From IMG/VR virus record IMGVR_UViG_3300031867_000025, positions 70,150 through 94,485 of that record: a stretch of DNA of 24,336 bases; one strand, written 5' to 3'. Shown here one piece after another: positions 1-9,989 of the stretch. Made by a program: the position numbers and the translations under genes. How positions within the stretch are numbered: the stretch's first letter is position 1; every line of letters begins with the position of its first letter. This DNA is from a virus. A model generated the notes under the pieces. That model ran no database searches and was not told the origin of the DNA. It was given only the letters and a program-made list of their open reading frames with translations.

Positions 1-1
1 A

Positions 2-151
2 CCGCTTACTTCTAATACTATGAACGCGGAAGCTTTACAGAATAGAGGTAATACAAGTGGTAAAAACGGAGATAATAAGCAGGGCCGTCCTGAAAAATAG
101 GCAAATTAGCAATCTGAAAAAACAATACAAAATAAATAGAGTATGTCATAA
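2..151 (+). CDS. 3' end of upstream gene (partial; possibly portal or other head-morphogenesis protein); contains TAG codons read as sense
   Basis: Frame 2 is open from the window edge to TAA at 149-151 if TAG is sense, and the stop overlaps the RBS of the next gene. The hydrophilic tail (…GKNGDNKQGRPEK…) is typical of a portal C-terminus, but that assignment is a guess. Confidence 0.35.
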
Positions 152-162
152 GGAGGAATAAT

Positions 163-1503
163 ATGGCTTTAGCACATCAAAGTATATCGACTATTAGTTC
201 TCCAGAATTTATTAATCTTTCTCCCCTTGACATAAATCCTTTAATGTCATCCTGTGAGATTAAGGTTTTTTATCTTGGGGAGAACCGTAATGGAAGTTAT
301 ATTTCTAAAGATGTTGCTGCGGAAATGGCTAAAACATTACGTGGAGCGCCGATAGTTGGATATTATAAAGAAGAAAAAGAAGATTTTACAGATCATGGTA
401 ATCAAATGATTTTTGATGATACTGGAATTCATTTTAATTGTTTGACTAAACCTTATGGTTTTGTGTCTCCTGACGCAAAGGTTTGGTTTAAAGATTTTGA
501 TGATATTGATGAATTTGGTAATGCTGTCACAAGAACATATTTAATGACAACAGGATATTTATGGACAGGACAGTTTTATGAAGTTCAATCAGTTTTTAAA
601 GATAATGGAAAGTCTCATTCTATGGAATTGGATGAAAAAACTTTAGATGGACATTGGGCAAAAAATGAAAAAAAAGATTTAGAATTTTTTATTATAAATG
701 ACGCAATATTTTCTAAACTATGCATTTTAGGTGATGATGTAGAACCTTGTTTTGAGGGATCAGGAATAACCTCGCCGCAAGTTAGTGCATCATTTACTTT
801 AGACAACAATTTCAAACACACTCTGTTTGAAATGATGCAACAATTAACAGAGGCTTTAAAGGGAGGTAATGAAGTGGCTAATGTAAATGAAAATATTAAA
901 GATTCTACAGTAGTTACGACTGATTTTTCAGAATAGGACAAAAAGGATAAAGAAAAAGTTTTTGAAAATGAATTAAAATAGGATTCTTCAAAGGATAATG
1001 CTTCTACTTCTTTTGCTAATAAAGAAGATGAGAAGAAAGAAGACGAAAAAGAGAATAAAGAAGAAGGCAGTAGTGGTACTGAGAATGATGATAAAAAAGA
1101 AAATGATGAAGATAAGAAGAAATATAGTTTGTTAGAAGAACAGTATAATGAATTAAAAGATAAATACGCTCTTCTTGAACAAGAATGCAATGAACTGAAA
1201 GAATTTAAACAAAAAGTTGAAAATGATCAAAAGGATGAACTGATCGCACAATTTTCAATGCTTTCAGATGAAGACAAGAAAGATGTTATTGAAAATAAGG
1301 CTTCTTATTCTCTTGATGAAATTAAATCTAAATTGGCTGTTATATGTTTTGAAAAGAAGGTCAATTTTAATTTAAATGATACAGTCGAAAATGAAGAAGA
1401 TAAGAATGAAAAAGTTGTGACTACTTTTAATATGAATATACAGAGTGACCTCAGTGTACCAGATTGGGTAAAAGAGGTTGAAAACACAATGAATAATATT
1501 TAA
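163..1503 (+). CDS. scaffolding protein (446 aa): N-terminal globular domain, possibly a protease-scaffold fusion, plus acidic coiled-coil C-terminal region; 2 in-frame TAG read as sense
   Basis: RBS AAGGAGGaataatATG. Track ORFs 163..936 and 1129..1503 are in the same frame, separated only by TAG codons (934-936, 979-981). The C-terminal half is a K/E/D-rich heptad-like sequence (…EEQYNELKDKYALLEQECNELKEFKQKVEND…) typical of phage scaffolds. It lies immediately upstream of the capsid genes and ends in TAA. Confidence 0.6.
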
Positions 1504-1521
1504 TAGGAGGATTGTGAAGAT

Positions 1522-2169
1522 ATGAAACGTAAGGGATATGCACAAGTAGAACCTAATCATCTTTCTGCACAATATACCGGTCAAATTTATGCACAATTAC
1601 CTGCATTAAAGGCTGACGGCAAGCCAATTGAACAGCTTGAAAATGGCCAGTTTTTAAAGTATAATTATGCGGCAGGTAGAGCAAGTGTTGCTGGTAGTGG
1701 AGAATGGATGCTTGTTTATAATGAAGAAAAATTATATGATGAAAGACGTCAGAATCATAAGGACTTTGTTATGAAGGCTGAAGATATGACGGACGGAAAG
1801 ATTTATCCTAGATTATTAAAGACTAATGTAGGAGATATCTATACTACAAATGCTTTTAAAAATAGTGGTTCAGATGCTGCTACTAAACCAACTGTAGAAG
1901 GCCCGGATCAATCAATTGAAATGGCGGATCTTTCTATTGGTGATTATCTAGTAATTGGAAATGATGGATGGTTAACAAAAGCTTCTGGTGAAGGTATGCC
2001 GGCAGATGCTGTTGTTTTCCAGGTTGTACCTCATTTTACTCAGCTTAATGATGATGGTAGCGTGGACCCTTCTTATGAAGCGAAACCCGTTGGTAGTGAA
2101 ACTGTGAATGTATATAACTATACTCTTGCAGATATGCAGGATGCTGTAAAAATACAACGTGTGAAATAA
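1522..2169 (+). CDS. head protein, possibly decoration/auxiliary capsid protein (215 aa), no TAG
   Basis: Uninterrupted ORF with RBS TAGGAGGattgtgaagatATG, TAA stop, positioned between scaffold and major capsid genes. Function is inferred from position only. Confidence 0.6.
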   Translation: MKRKGYAQVEPNHLSAQYTGQIYAQLPALKADGKPIEQLENGQFLKYNYAAGRASVAGSGEWMLVYNEEKLYDERRQNHKDFVMKAEDMTDGKIYPRLLKTNVGDIYTTNAFKNSGSDAATKPTVEGPDQSIEMADLSIGDYLVIGNDGWLTKASGEGMPADAVVFQVVPHFTQLNDDGSVDPSYEAKPVGSETVNVYNYTLADMQDAVKIQRVK

Positions 2170-2191
2170 TTAATGATAGGAGGATAACGTA

Positions 2192-3256
2192 ATGGCTTTA
2201 GATAGAACACAGTTAATTGCATTAGCTAAGGCTACTGCTAAGGCTTCCTTAAATCCTTCTGTCGCTTTTTCTTTTGGTGACAAGAAGCTGACTTATGAAG
2301 CTCTTAATGAAACATTTAGAAAAGAAATGGACGAATTGGCTGGAACATATGCCCAATATCGTGAAAATAAAAATTTAATCTTTAATTTAATTGAAGTAGG
2401 TCTTGATGAAGTTCTTCCTGTGAAGGTTATGCAGAACTATGGACAGTTTGCAGATGTTAAGACTTATGCACAAGGCGATAAGCCTGTATTTAAAGTAAGA
2501 GTTAGCGAAGCTTCCAGAAAGCGTGCTAAATCATTCGTAACCAGAGTTGGTCTTGCCGGTAGATATGAAGTGTTTAAACTTGATGGTTACACTTTAGAAG
2601 TGCCGACAGCTGCTTATGGCGGAGCTGCTCAAATTGGATTTGAAGAGTTCCTTGATGGTCACATTACTATGAGTGATGTATATGATCTTGTTCTTGAAGG
2701 ACTGGATGAAGCAGTGTATCGTGAAATTGCTAAGAGTTTAGTAGCGATGGCGGAAGACGCTAGAATTGGTTCTTACAACAAAGCGAGTGTAGCTGGCTTT
2801 GATGAAGCCGCTTTTGATCGTCTTATAGCTACAGCAGATGCTTATGGAAAGAGTACTATTTATTGTACATATGAATTTGCTGCTCAGATCGCACCTACCG
2901 CCGCGGGAGCAATAAATTGGAATGCTATGTCTAATAATATGAAAGAAGAACGTTGGAATAACGGTTACTTTACTCGTTATAAAACTCATAATATGATTGT
3001 TCTTCCTCAGAGTTTTGAAGATGTCACAAATGCTAAGAAAGTTATTGATCCTAGATATGCATGGATCATTCCTACTGGCGCTGAAAAGCCCGTGAAGGTT
3101 GCTTTCGAAGGTCAGACCGCAGTGCGTGAGCATGAAAATGCTGACTGGTCAAGAGAAATCGAAACCTATAAGAAAATGGGTGTGGCTGTTTATAATGTAA
3201 ATCCTGGCATTTGTGTTTATAAGAACACTTCTTTAAAGACTAATAATGTTCTATAA
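2192..3256 (+). CDS. major capsid protein, HK97-fold family (354 aa), no TAG
   Basis: Uninterrupted ORF with RBS TAGGAGGataacgtaATG. The sequence (…ASRKRAKSFVTRVGLAGRYEVFKLDGYTLEVPTAAYGG…YNVNPGICVYKNTS…) and its size and position match siphovirus major capsid proteins. It is followed by a strong terminator. Confidence 0.8.
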   Translation: MALDRTQLIALAKATAKASLNPSVAFSFGDKKLTYEALNETFRKEMDELAGTYAQYRENKNLIFNLIEVGLDEVLPVKVMQNYGQFADVKTYAQGDKPVFKVRVSEASRKRAKSFVTRVGLAGRYEVFKLDGYTLEVPTAAYGGAAQIGFEEFLDGHITMSDVYDLVLEGLDEAVYREIAKSLVAMAEDARIGSYNKASVAGFDEAAFDRLIATADAYGKSTIYCTYEFAAQIAPTAAGAINWNAMSNNMKEERWNNGYFTRYKTHNMIVLPQSFEDVTNAKKVIDPRYAWIIPTGAEKPVKVAFEGQTAVREHENADWSREIETYKKMGVAVYNVNPGICVYKNTSLKTNNVL

Positions 3257-3275
3257 GGTTAATAATTAACATATT

Positions 3276-3312
3276 ATACCCTCCTTCTTATGAAGAAGGA
3301 GGGTATTATTTA
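3276..3312 (+). terminator. Rho-independent terminator after capsid gene
   Basis: 14-bp perfect stem ATACCCTCCTTCTT / AAGAAGGAGGGTAT (3276-3289 / 3293-3306) with a short loop, followed by the T-rich TATTATTT. Confidence 0.7.
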
Positions 3313-3338
3313 ATAAAGAGATAAAAGGAGTTTAAAAA

Positions 3339-3902
3339 ATGGATAAAAATACACCAATAAAAGTTTTAAATAGAGATAACGGCGCGGTAGTTTATTCTAT
3401 TCCAGAGATGAATGGGTTAACAAGAATTTTTCAGGCGGGAGAAACTAAAGAGGTAACTTATGAAGAGTTACAAAAATTATCTTATATTCCCGGTGGAAGT
3501 GAATTATTAAGAGATAGCTTAGTAATTTTAGATAATTCAACAACAGTTGAAAATTTAATTGGTCACGTAGAGCCTGAGTATTATTATACAAAAGATGATA
3601 TTATTAATTTAATGAAAACAGGTTCTTTAGATGCTTTTTTAGATTGTTTAGATTTTGCTCCAGAGGGAGTAAAGGATTTAATCAAAACTTTAGCAGTAGA
3701 CTTACCGTTAAATGATGTATCTAAACGAGAAGCAATCCTTGATAAATTAGGCTTTAATGTTGATAATGCTATTAGAATTAAAAATGAATCTACTGAACCT
3801 CAAGAGGAAGAACATGTTGCTAAGCGAAGAGTTCAAAAGGAAGAGACTAAGCCTGCGGAAACAATTACCCGTCGCCGCACCGTTGTGAAAAAAGAGAGTT
3901 AA
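3339..3902 (+). CDS. hypothetical structural protein (187 aa), no TAG, charged C-terminal tail
   Basis: Uninterrupted ORF with RBS AAAAGGAGtttaaaaaATG and TAA stop. Confidence 0.65.
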   Translation: MDKNTPIKVLNRDNGAVVYSIPEMNGLTRIFQAGETKEVTYEELQKLSYIPGGSELLRDSLVILDNSTTVENLIGHVEPEYYYTKDDIINLMKTGSLDAFLDCLDFAPEGVKDLIKTLAVDLPLNDVSKREAILDKLGFNVDNAIRIKNESTEPQEEEHVAKRRVQKEETKPAETITRRRTVVKKES

Positions 3903-3921
3903 ATAAAAGGGGAGGTGTATT

Positions 3922-4455
3922 ATGGAAGATATAAAATATACGCCCTTTTCTGAAGTATATGATAGTTTTCTTTCAAAGATAACTGATGATATGTATATGG
4001 AATTAACCGAGGAAGATACGTTTAAAATTTTACAATAGTTGTTATTTTCTGCTATTGGTAAATTTGAATTTCCTCGACAAAGTTTAGATTATTAGTTTAA
4101 ATAGCCGTAGTAGGGAGAAACGTAGGGAGAGTGGATTTTTATCAATCTTTTAACTCAAGAAGAAATAAATATCTTAGCTACCTATATGATTGTAGAATGG
4201 TTAGGACAGCAATTAGCTTCAATAGAGAATGTAAGAATGAAGTATAGTGGGGCTGATTTTAAGTTTACGAGTCAAGCGAATCACATTCAGAAAGTTTTAC
4301 AATTAAAAAAGGATTATGAGCGAGAAGCTTTTCATTTACAGCGTTTATATAAAAGACGTTTGAAAAATAGTTAGGGTATTTATAAATCTACTTTTGGTAC
4401 TATTATGGAAAATCAGCCGTAGGGAGGTACTGGAACATGGAAGAATTGGTTTTAA
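3922..4455 (+). CDS. putative head-tail adaptor/connector protein (177 aa) with 8 in-frame TAG codons
   Basis: RBS AAAGGGGAGGtgtattATG. A single frame runs from ATG 3922 to TAA 4453-4455, broken only by TAG at 4036, 4093, 4102, 4108, 4111, 4123, 4372 and 4420. Track ORF 4186..4374 is its C-terminal fragment. The connector call rests on position after the capsid genes and an approximate resemblance to gp6/gp15-like adaptors, and is low confidence. Confidence 0.5.
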
Positions 4456-4763
4456 GTACTGGAATGGCTGTAGATATAGAAGCTATACATTTAAGTATAA
4501 AAAAAATAATTAATCAAGTTTATAAATTATTACCTATGAGAGAAGAAGGTAAGGACTGGCAAAAGTTACTTGAGACGTTAATAGAGTAGATATCGGGAAT
4601 GAAAAGATTGATAAAAGATCAGGACCGTCTTTTCTTTCTGTTGTTATGTAAATTGGAAGGATTATTCAGTTTAGATTCAGAAGATAAAATGAGTTTATTT
4701 CGTAGAGTTATTTTTGAAAGTTTGAATTTACTGAATAATTTAGATAAAAATGTCTGCGATTGA
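4437..4763 (+). CDS. hypothetical neck protein (108 aa; head-closure-like size), 1 in-frame TAG, TGA stop
   Basis: ATG 4437 is preceded by GGGAGGtactggaac. The frame is open to TGA 4761-4763 and overlaps the next gene start (ATG 4750). Confidence 0.5.
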
Positions 4764-6057
4764 TACTTTAAAGAATCGAGTTAGAATTAATAGTGATAAT
4801 TTTTATACTCATTCCACTGCGGGATCTGCTTTAGCTACAGTAGCGAAAAGATTACAGGTGCGCGGGGGACCTGATCAATGGGTACGAATGCGGGAAGATA
4901 AATTACGTAGTTTAAAGAAAGCATTACTTTATTCTTACCAAAGTGCCGTTGTACAAAGGTATGACGTTAAAAAGAATAGTAAGGCTAATAATATTATTCA
5001 ATTAATTACTAGGTTACAAGATGTAATTGAATTAAATGATAATGAAAAAGAGTTTTTAACTGATCTTGAGCGGGAGCATATGATAGAATTAGAACGTGGA
5101 AGTTCTGAATATATAGATAGATTGAAATAGATTGTTGATGAATTAACGAATTCTTCTCCGTTATTTAGATGCTTAATCAATCATGATAAATTAAAGGTTG
5201 ATTATGAAGATAAAATTATTTCTATTCCTTTTTAGTAGATACCTTTAGGATCTACAGAAATAGCACAAACAGAATTTCATAATGGAACTGTTTTTAAATG
5301 GGTACATGGGAATAAGGAAGAGTGGACTCCAGACACATACTGGATTGTATATATGCAATATTCAGAGGAAACGGCTTATTTTAGAGCTGAGATAAGAAAA
5401 GCCGATGAATAGATTGAGATTGTAACGATAGATGCGGAAGGTAACGAATCTACTGTAACTTATCGCGGATGGATGACTGGACCGAATGAGACGACCGCTC
5501 TGTGGAATACTAAAAAAGATGTTACTTGGAATGATATGAATTATACTAAGTTGCTTTATATTACGAAAGATTAGGATACGTTGGCCTTTTTTCAACGTTT
5601 TGATAGAATTATCATTAATGGAAAACCTTGGGAAGTACAAGCATATAATGAAAATTATAGCACAAATAAAAGCGGCGAGGTAGATTCAGGGATTATTCGA
5701 GTAGCACTGAAAGAAACTTATACTGGGTCTACACAATTTATAAAGTAGAGAATGGATGAAGCGGACGCCGCCAAAGAAAAACAGACCTAGTATGATGAAC
5801 AACATACCGATCCCCGCATAGATGGACCAATTAAAGTTAAACCCTATTCTATTCTTACTTTTGTTGCTAAGAATTTTGAAGAGCAAGGCAGTTGGAGCAT
5901 ATCTAATACGAAAATTGCAAAAATTAAAACTATATCTGAAGATACTAAAACTGCTACGGTATAGATTTTAACAGGGTTTTCTAATAAAGAGGGATTTTAT
6001 ATAAATTATGGAAACAATGATGATACAAAAATTCACGTTATAATAGAATCATTTTAA
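4750..6057 (+). CDS. neck/tail structural protein (435 aa) with 8 in-frame TAG; C-terminal region looks beta-rich (possibly Ig-like)
   Basis: Track ORF 4750..5130 continues in the same frame through TAG-only interruptions to TAA 6055-6057. The readthrough segments encode coherent protein sequence (…TVTYRGWMTGPNETTALWNTKKDVTWNDMNYTKLLYITKD…). Confidence 0.5.
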
Positions 6058-6071
6058 GGAGGGAAAAGATT

Positions 6072-6725
6072 ATGAGAAAGGATTTAATTTTAAATAAGCC
6101 GATATATTCTTCTTTTTTCTCTTGTGGACCCGATATTCAAATGATTTTAAAAACTTTATTTGTATCAAGTCGTCCTTATAGTGATATTTTAAAACGTTTA
6201 TTAATTATAAATAATAAAGATTGTTTAAAATCAATGGATGATGATATTGAATAGGTTTATAAGAAAACAGTTAATAGTTTTTCGTTAGGAGATTTAATTG
6301 ATAAAGGATATGTTAGATTAAATTCAAAGATTTCTCGTGGCACTCATGAATAGATTAAATCTTATATCTTAATTTCTTTAGATAATTTTTCTCCAGATGG
6401 AACAAGTACAGAATATAGAGATTCTATTATAAATTTTGATATAGTATGTTATAATGATGCTTGGGTTTTAAATGACTATAAAATACGTCCATTAATGATT
6501 GCGGGTTATATAGATGGTATTTTAAATAGTTTAACTCAGAATAATAAATACTTAGCAACAGGGTCCTTAAAATCACAAATTAAATTGTCTGGCATTGGTG
6601 AATATCAGTTTTTAGGTTGTAATTATCATGTATTAAATGAAGATTTAGCCATGTATACGTTATCGTATTATGGTAAACATTTTTCAGAGGATGTTCAAAA
6701 GATTGGAACGGTGACTAATGATTGA
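6072..6725 (+). CDS. hypothetical tail/neck protein (217 aa), 2 in-frame TAG, TGA stop
   Basis: RBS TTAAGGAGGgaaaagattATG. Track ORFs 6072..6254 and 6495..6725 share a frame and are joined through TAG codons only. The TGA stop overlaps the start of the next gene. Confidence 0.5.
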
Positions 6726-7476
6726 TTACCTTTTATTATTGTCTAAAAATGATATTCCATTCATTGAAGCGAAAGTTGTTGTACATCAACCTACTATAAG
6801 AGAAATTGCTTTTATTGGTTAGGAAAAATTTTTTTTAGGATGTTAGGTTATTAATTTTTCAAAAAAGAATTTGATGATATAGGACAAAACGCAAATAGAA
6901 CAATTAAGTGATTTTGAAATATTAATGGCAATAATAAACAATAAAGAAGGCGGAGCTAATATCAAGAAAAATAAAAAATGCCTTTAGTTGATTTTATTAT
7001 TACTATTTCCTGATTTTACTATTAATTTTTTGCCTACGAGTATTATGCTTACAAAAGATAAGTAGAGGCATTTAATAGACAGAGACAACTTTTAGAGTTT
7101 TAAAAATATCGTTAATGAGATGTTTTGTTTATCTAACGTTTTAAAAGACGGGGCTAGTAAGTATAATCCTGGTGGTCCGCAAGCGCAAGCATTAGTTTAG
7201 AAATTTAAAAAGCGTCAAAAGAAACTTGCATAGTTAAAAAATAGAAGTCAAGAACAAAAAATTGAAATATTATCTCGCTATATATCTATATTAAGTGTTG
7301 GAGAACAGAAGGATATGAATATATTATTAAACTATACTGTTTTTCAATTATTTGATGAATTTAATCGTTTTAAATTACGAGAAGATTTTAATATGTATGT
7401 AAAATGTAAATTAGCGGGAGCTAAAGATTTAGAAGATGTTAAAAACTGGATGGATAATTTGCGTTCAGAAGATTAA
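6718..7476 (+). CDS. hypothetical tail protein (252 aa; tail terminator/completion candidate by position), 8 in-frame TAG
   Basis: ATG 6718 overlaps the upstream stop. The frame is open to TAA 7474-7476 with only TAG interruptions, and readthrough yields coherent sequence (…NMYVKCKLAGAKDLEDVKNWMDNLRSED). Confidence 0.45.
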
Positions 7477-7502
7477 AATTAAAAATAAGGAGGATAATTC
7501 TT

Positions 7503-8588
7503 ATGAAATTTGGTGTAAGATAGTGTGCAAACATTGTTTTTCGTGCAAAACAGAAGACTGTGATTGGAACATCTACTTTTAATGTAGGTCAACCAGTTCT
7601 TTATATTGATACAGCCACTACTTCCTCTATGGAACAGGCGAGTACTTCAGTATACGCACAAGGCGGACGCGGTAATGCTCGTTTACTTGCATGGGAAGGT
7701 GATAAGACATTAACATTTACTGTTACTGATGCTCTTATTTCTCCTGTTTCGTTAAGTATGTTATCAGGGGCAGGATTAATTAAAACAACTGGAGATTGGG
7801 TTCATGTGCATGCAACAACTGCTGCAACGATGACTCTTACTGGTACTGGTAACGGAGCTGTTGGACAAATTGATTTAACAGATGCATTAGCTGAATTTGG
7901 TGCAATTAATAGTTCTAAGACTGGTGATACTCAATCAGCTGGCAATGGCGGTATTTATGTGGATGCTGGTACAGATGCGCCACTGTTTATAATTGAAACA
8001 GAAGACGATGGTTCTATTACTGGTAGTATCATTACTTCTAATGCCACTGGTGGTATTACATATGAAGTTGAAATGGATACTGTTGATAATACAAAAGTAA
8101 AACGTGCTTATTTAAATATTCCACAGCCTAAAGAAAATAATACTACTGCTTTAACTGAATCAGATGGTAGTATTAATGTATTAGTAGATTATTATGTAGT
8201 TAAGAAATCTGATCAAGTATCTGAAATTCAGCTTACTCCTCAAGATTTTGCAGGATATTATTATGTAGAAGCTGATACTTTATTTAGATCTCAAGCAACT
8301 GGTATTGATATGCCTGCTAACTTAACATTCCCGAATGTTAAGATTCAGTCTGGATTTACTATTAGTATGGCTGGTACTGGTGATCCTAGTACATTTGACT
8401 TTACTATGGATGCGTTCCCAGGATATACTTATTTTGATAAGACTAAACAGGTGCTTTGCGTAATTCAGGTTGTTGAAGATAGTTTAGCTGCAACTTCTGA
8501 AGGACATAGCGTGATGCTTAAGAATACTGGTATTGAACATCCAGATATTTTTGATGATAGCGATTTAGTAGATCCAACAACAATCTAA
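7503..8588 (+). CDS. major tail (tube) protein (361 aa), single TAG at codon 7
   Basis: Strong RBS TAAGGAGGataattcttATG. Track ORF 7560..8588 starts at an internal GTG. The real ATG at 7503 is in the same frame and is separated from it by one TAG (7521-7523). The protein is Thr/Gly/Ser-rich and beta-rich, and the gene is followed by a strong terminator. Together with its position before the chaperone and tape-measure genes this supports a major tail protein. Confidence 0.65.
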
Positions 8589-8595
8589 TTTAAAT

Positions 8596-8630
8596 GGGAG
8601 GATAATTAATAATTATCCTCCCATTTTTTT
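8596..8630 (+). terminator. Rho-independent terminator after major tail gene
   Basis: Perfect 12-bp stem GGGAGGATAATT / AATTATCCTCCC with loop AAT, followed by ATTTTTTT. Confidence 0.8.
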
Positions 8631-9936
8631 GATATGGCGGGAAGAGGTGATTTTATTGCAAAACAATATACAAAAACCAGTTGTTACAATTAATAAAGGA
8701 GGCATTTATGAAGCGATCAAATCTACTGCTAAAAATAATATTAAGCCTGTTTTAGATCAAGAAATGTTAGATTATTATACAAGCATGACTTTAGAAATGA
8801 AAAAAAGAACATTGATAGAATATCAAAAGAAAATGGAATATCAATTAGGGGTCTTAAATGGGACTGAGTAGATCAATGAATATTTTAAAGCTTATGAATT
8901 AATATTAGATTTTCGTGAATTTATTTTAGGAAAATTAGGAAAAATTGATTATACTTTTACTTGGAAGACTACTTATGATGGTCAAGCTTTTATTAGAACT
9001 ATGGTGATTGGTAGAAAAGAAATGGCTGATTTAATAACAGATGAAAATGGAAAATTATTTGGTCTTTCAGGGAAAAAAAATGTTCAAAGAGGACCTACTG
9101 TAGGATTGCGTTTTAATCGTAAGTGGTTAAAACAGATTAATAATTTAGTTAAAAATTTAAATGCTCAAGATATAAATATTACAATAAATCAAGGGGAATC
9201 TTCTTTTTCTATTATTAATGAAAAAACAGGAGCAAGACAAATTTTTGTAAATTCAGGAATGTTTAAAGCAGAGATTAATAATCAAGAGAATAAAAGAGAA
9301 AATAACCAAATTTGGTATATTTTTACTATAGAATTAGAAACTGATAAAACTAAGGATGATGATAAAGAAGTATTTTCTTTTAAAACAAAAACAGTAGAAG
9401 CAAAAAAAGATGCCTTCTCTTCTACTGTTTTTTCAGCAATTGGAAAATATTTTGCAGATGAAATGAGAACAAAGAGAGAGTTAATAGCAAATCGTCAACT
9501 TAGTATAGATCCTAAATATCCTAACGAGGGAGTTTTAACAGAGATGTATATTCGAGCTAAAGTAGAATTAAATCAAGGTCATAATCATTTTAGTTCAGAT
9601 AGAGTGGTGTCTGGAGAAACATTATTTAATCTTTATCAAAAAGCAAAAGGAAATGCGTTGTTTTCTTCTGGCGGGGACTTTTTAATGGAGCAAATAAAAT
9701 CTTTTTTAGGAACTAATCCTACTTTAACTTAGTATTCTACAATACGCAAAACATTATAGTCTTTGGTTGAAGATTTAAAATAGAGCGATTTTCAGAAAAT
9801 GAAAAAAAGTCTTTCTAATGAATTATTACAAACTCCAAAATCTACTAATAAAAAAATTGATGAAAATGTTGAAAACACTTTATATCGGACATTATCATCA
9901 GCTTTATAGACTTTTTTTTCTGACTTGACAACCTAA
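8629..9936 (+). CDS. hypothetical protein (up to 435 aa) between the major tail and chaperone genes; TAG-poor (4 TAG, 3 of them in the last 68 codons)
   Basis: Track ORFs 8629..8871 (TTG start) and 9001..9732 are in the same frame. With TAG as sense the frame continues past 9732 to TAA 9934-9936. The true start may be the in-frame TTG at 8656, preceded by AGGTGAttttaTTG. Function is unknown. Confidence 0.45.
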
Positions 9937-9953
9937 AAATTTTATGTTATAAT
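9925..9953 (+). promoter_or_regulatory. consensus sigma70/sigmaA-type promoter with extended -10, driving the chaperone and tape-measure genes
   Basis: TTGACA (9925-9930), exactly 17 nt of spacer, TGtTATAAT (-10 hexamer 9948-9953). The chaperone ATG follows about 37 nt downstream with RBS AAAGGAAAGGAAG. Confidence 0.65.
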
Positions 9954-9989
9954 TAAAAGAGAAAAGAAAAAAGGAAAGGAAGTATCATA

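Noticed and set aside
615-1190. Minus-strand ORFs in the track (615..1190, 1305..1487, 1372..1596, 1972..2157, 2738..3133, 4998..5180, 5362..5640, 5686..5886, 10709..10900, 11764..11973, 16326..16748, 17191..17448, 18258..18446)
   Set aside because: All lie antisense to well-supported + strand genes. They are Ser/Leu/Phe-rich low-complexity mirror images of K/E-rich coding sequence, with no RBS. They are artefacts of AT-rich antisense frames.
4761-6725. TGA as the reassigned codon (code 4 or 25)
   Set aside because: TGA cleanly terminates genes at 4761-4763 and 6723-6725 with immediate downstream gene starts. TGG is used for Trp. No in-frame TGA was seen inside any long frame.
6718-7476. Calling gene 6718-7476 a tail assembly chaperone
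   Set aside because: It is the wrong position (upstream of the major tail gene), and the real chaperone-like acidic ORF sits at 9990-10508 directly before the tape-measure gene. It is kept as a hypothetical tail/neck protein.
8697-8716. AAAGGAGGcatttATG inside gene 8629-9936 as a separate gene start
   Set aside because: The ATG is out of frame with the long ORF and leads to a stop within about 25 codons. The AAAGGAGG simply encodes K-G-G in the main frame.
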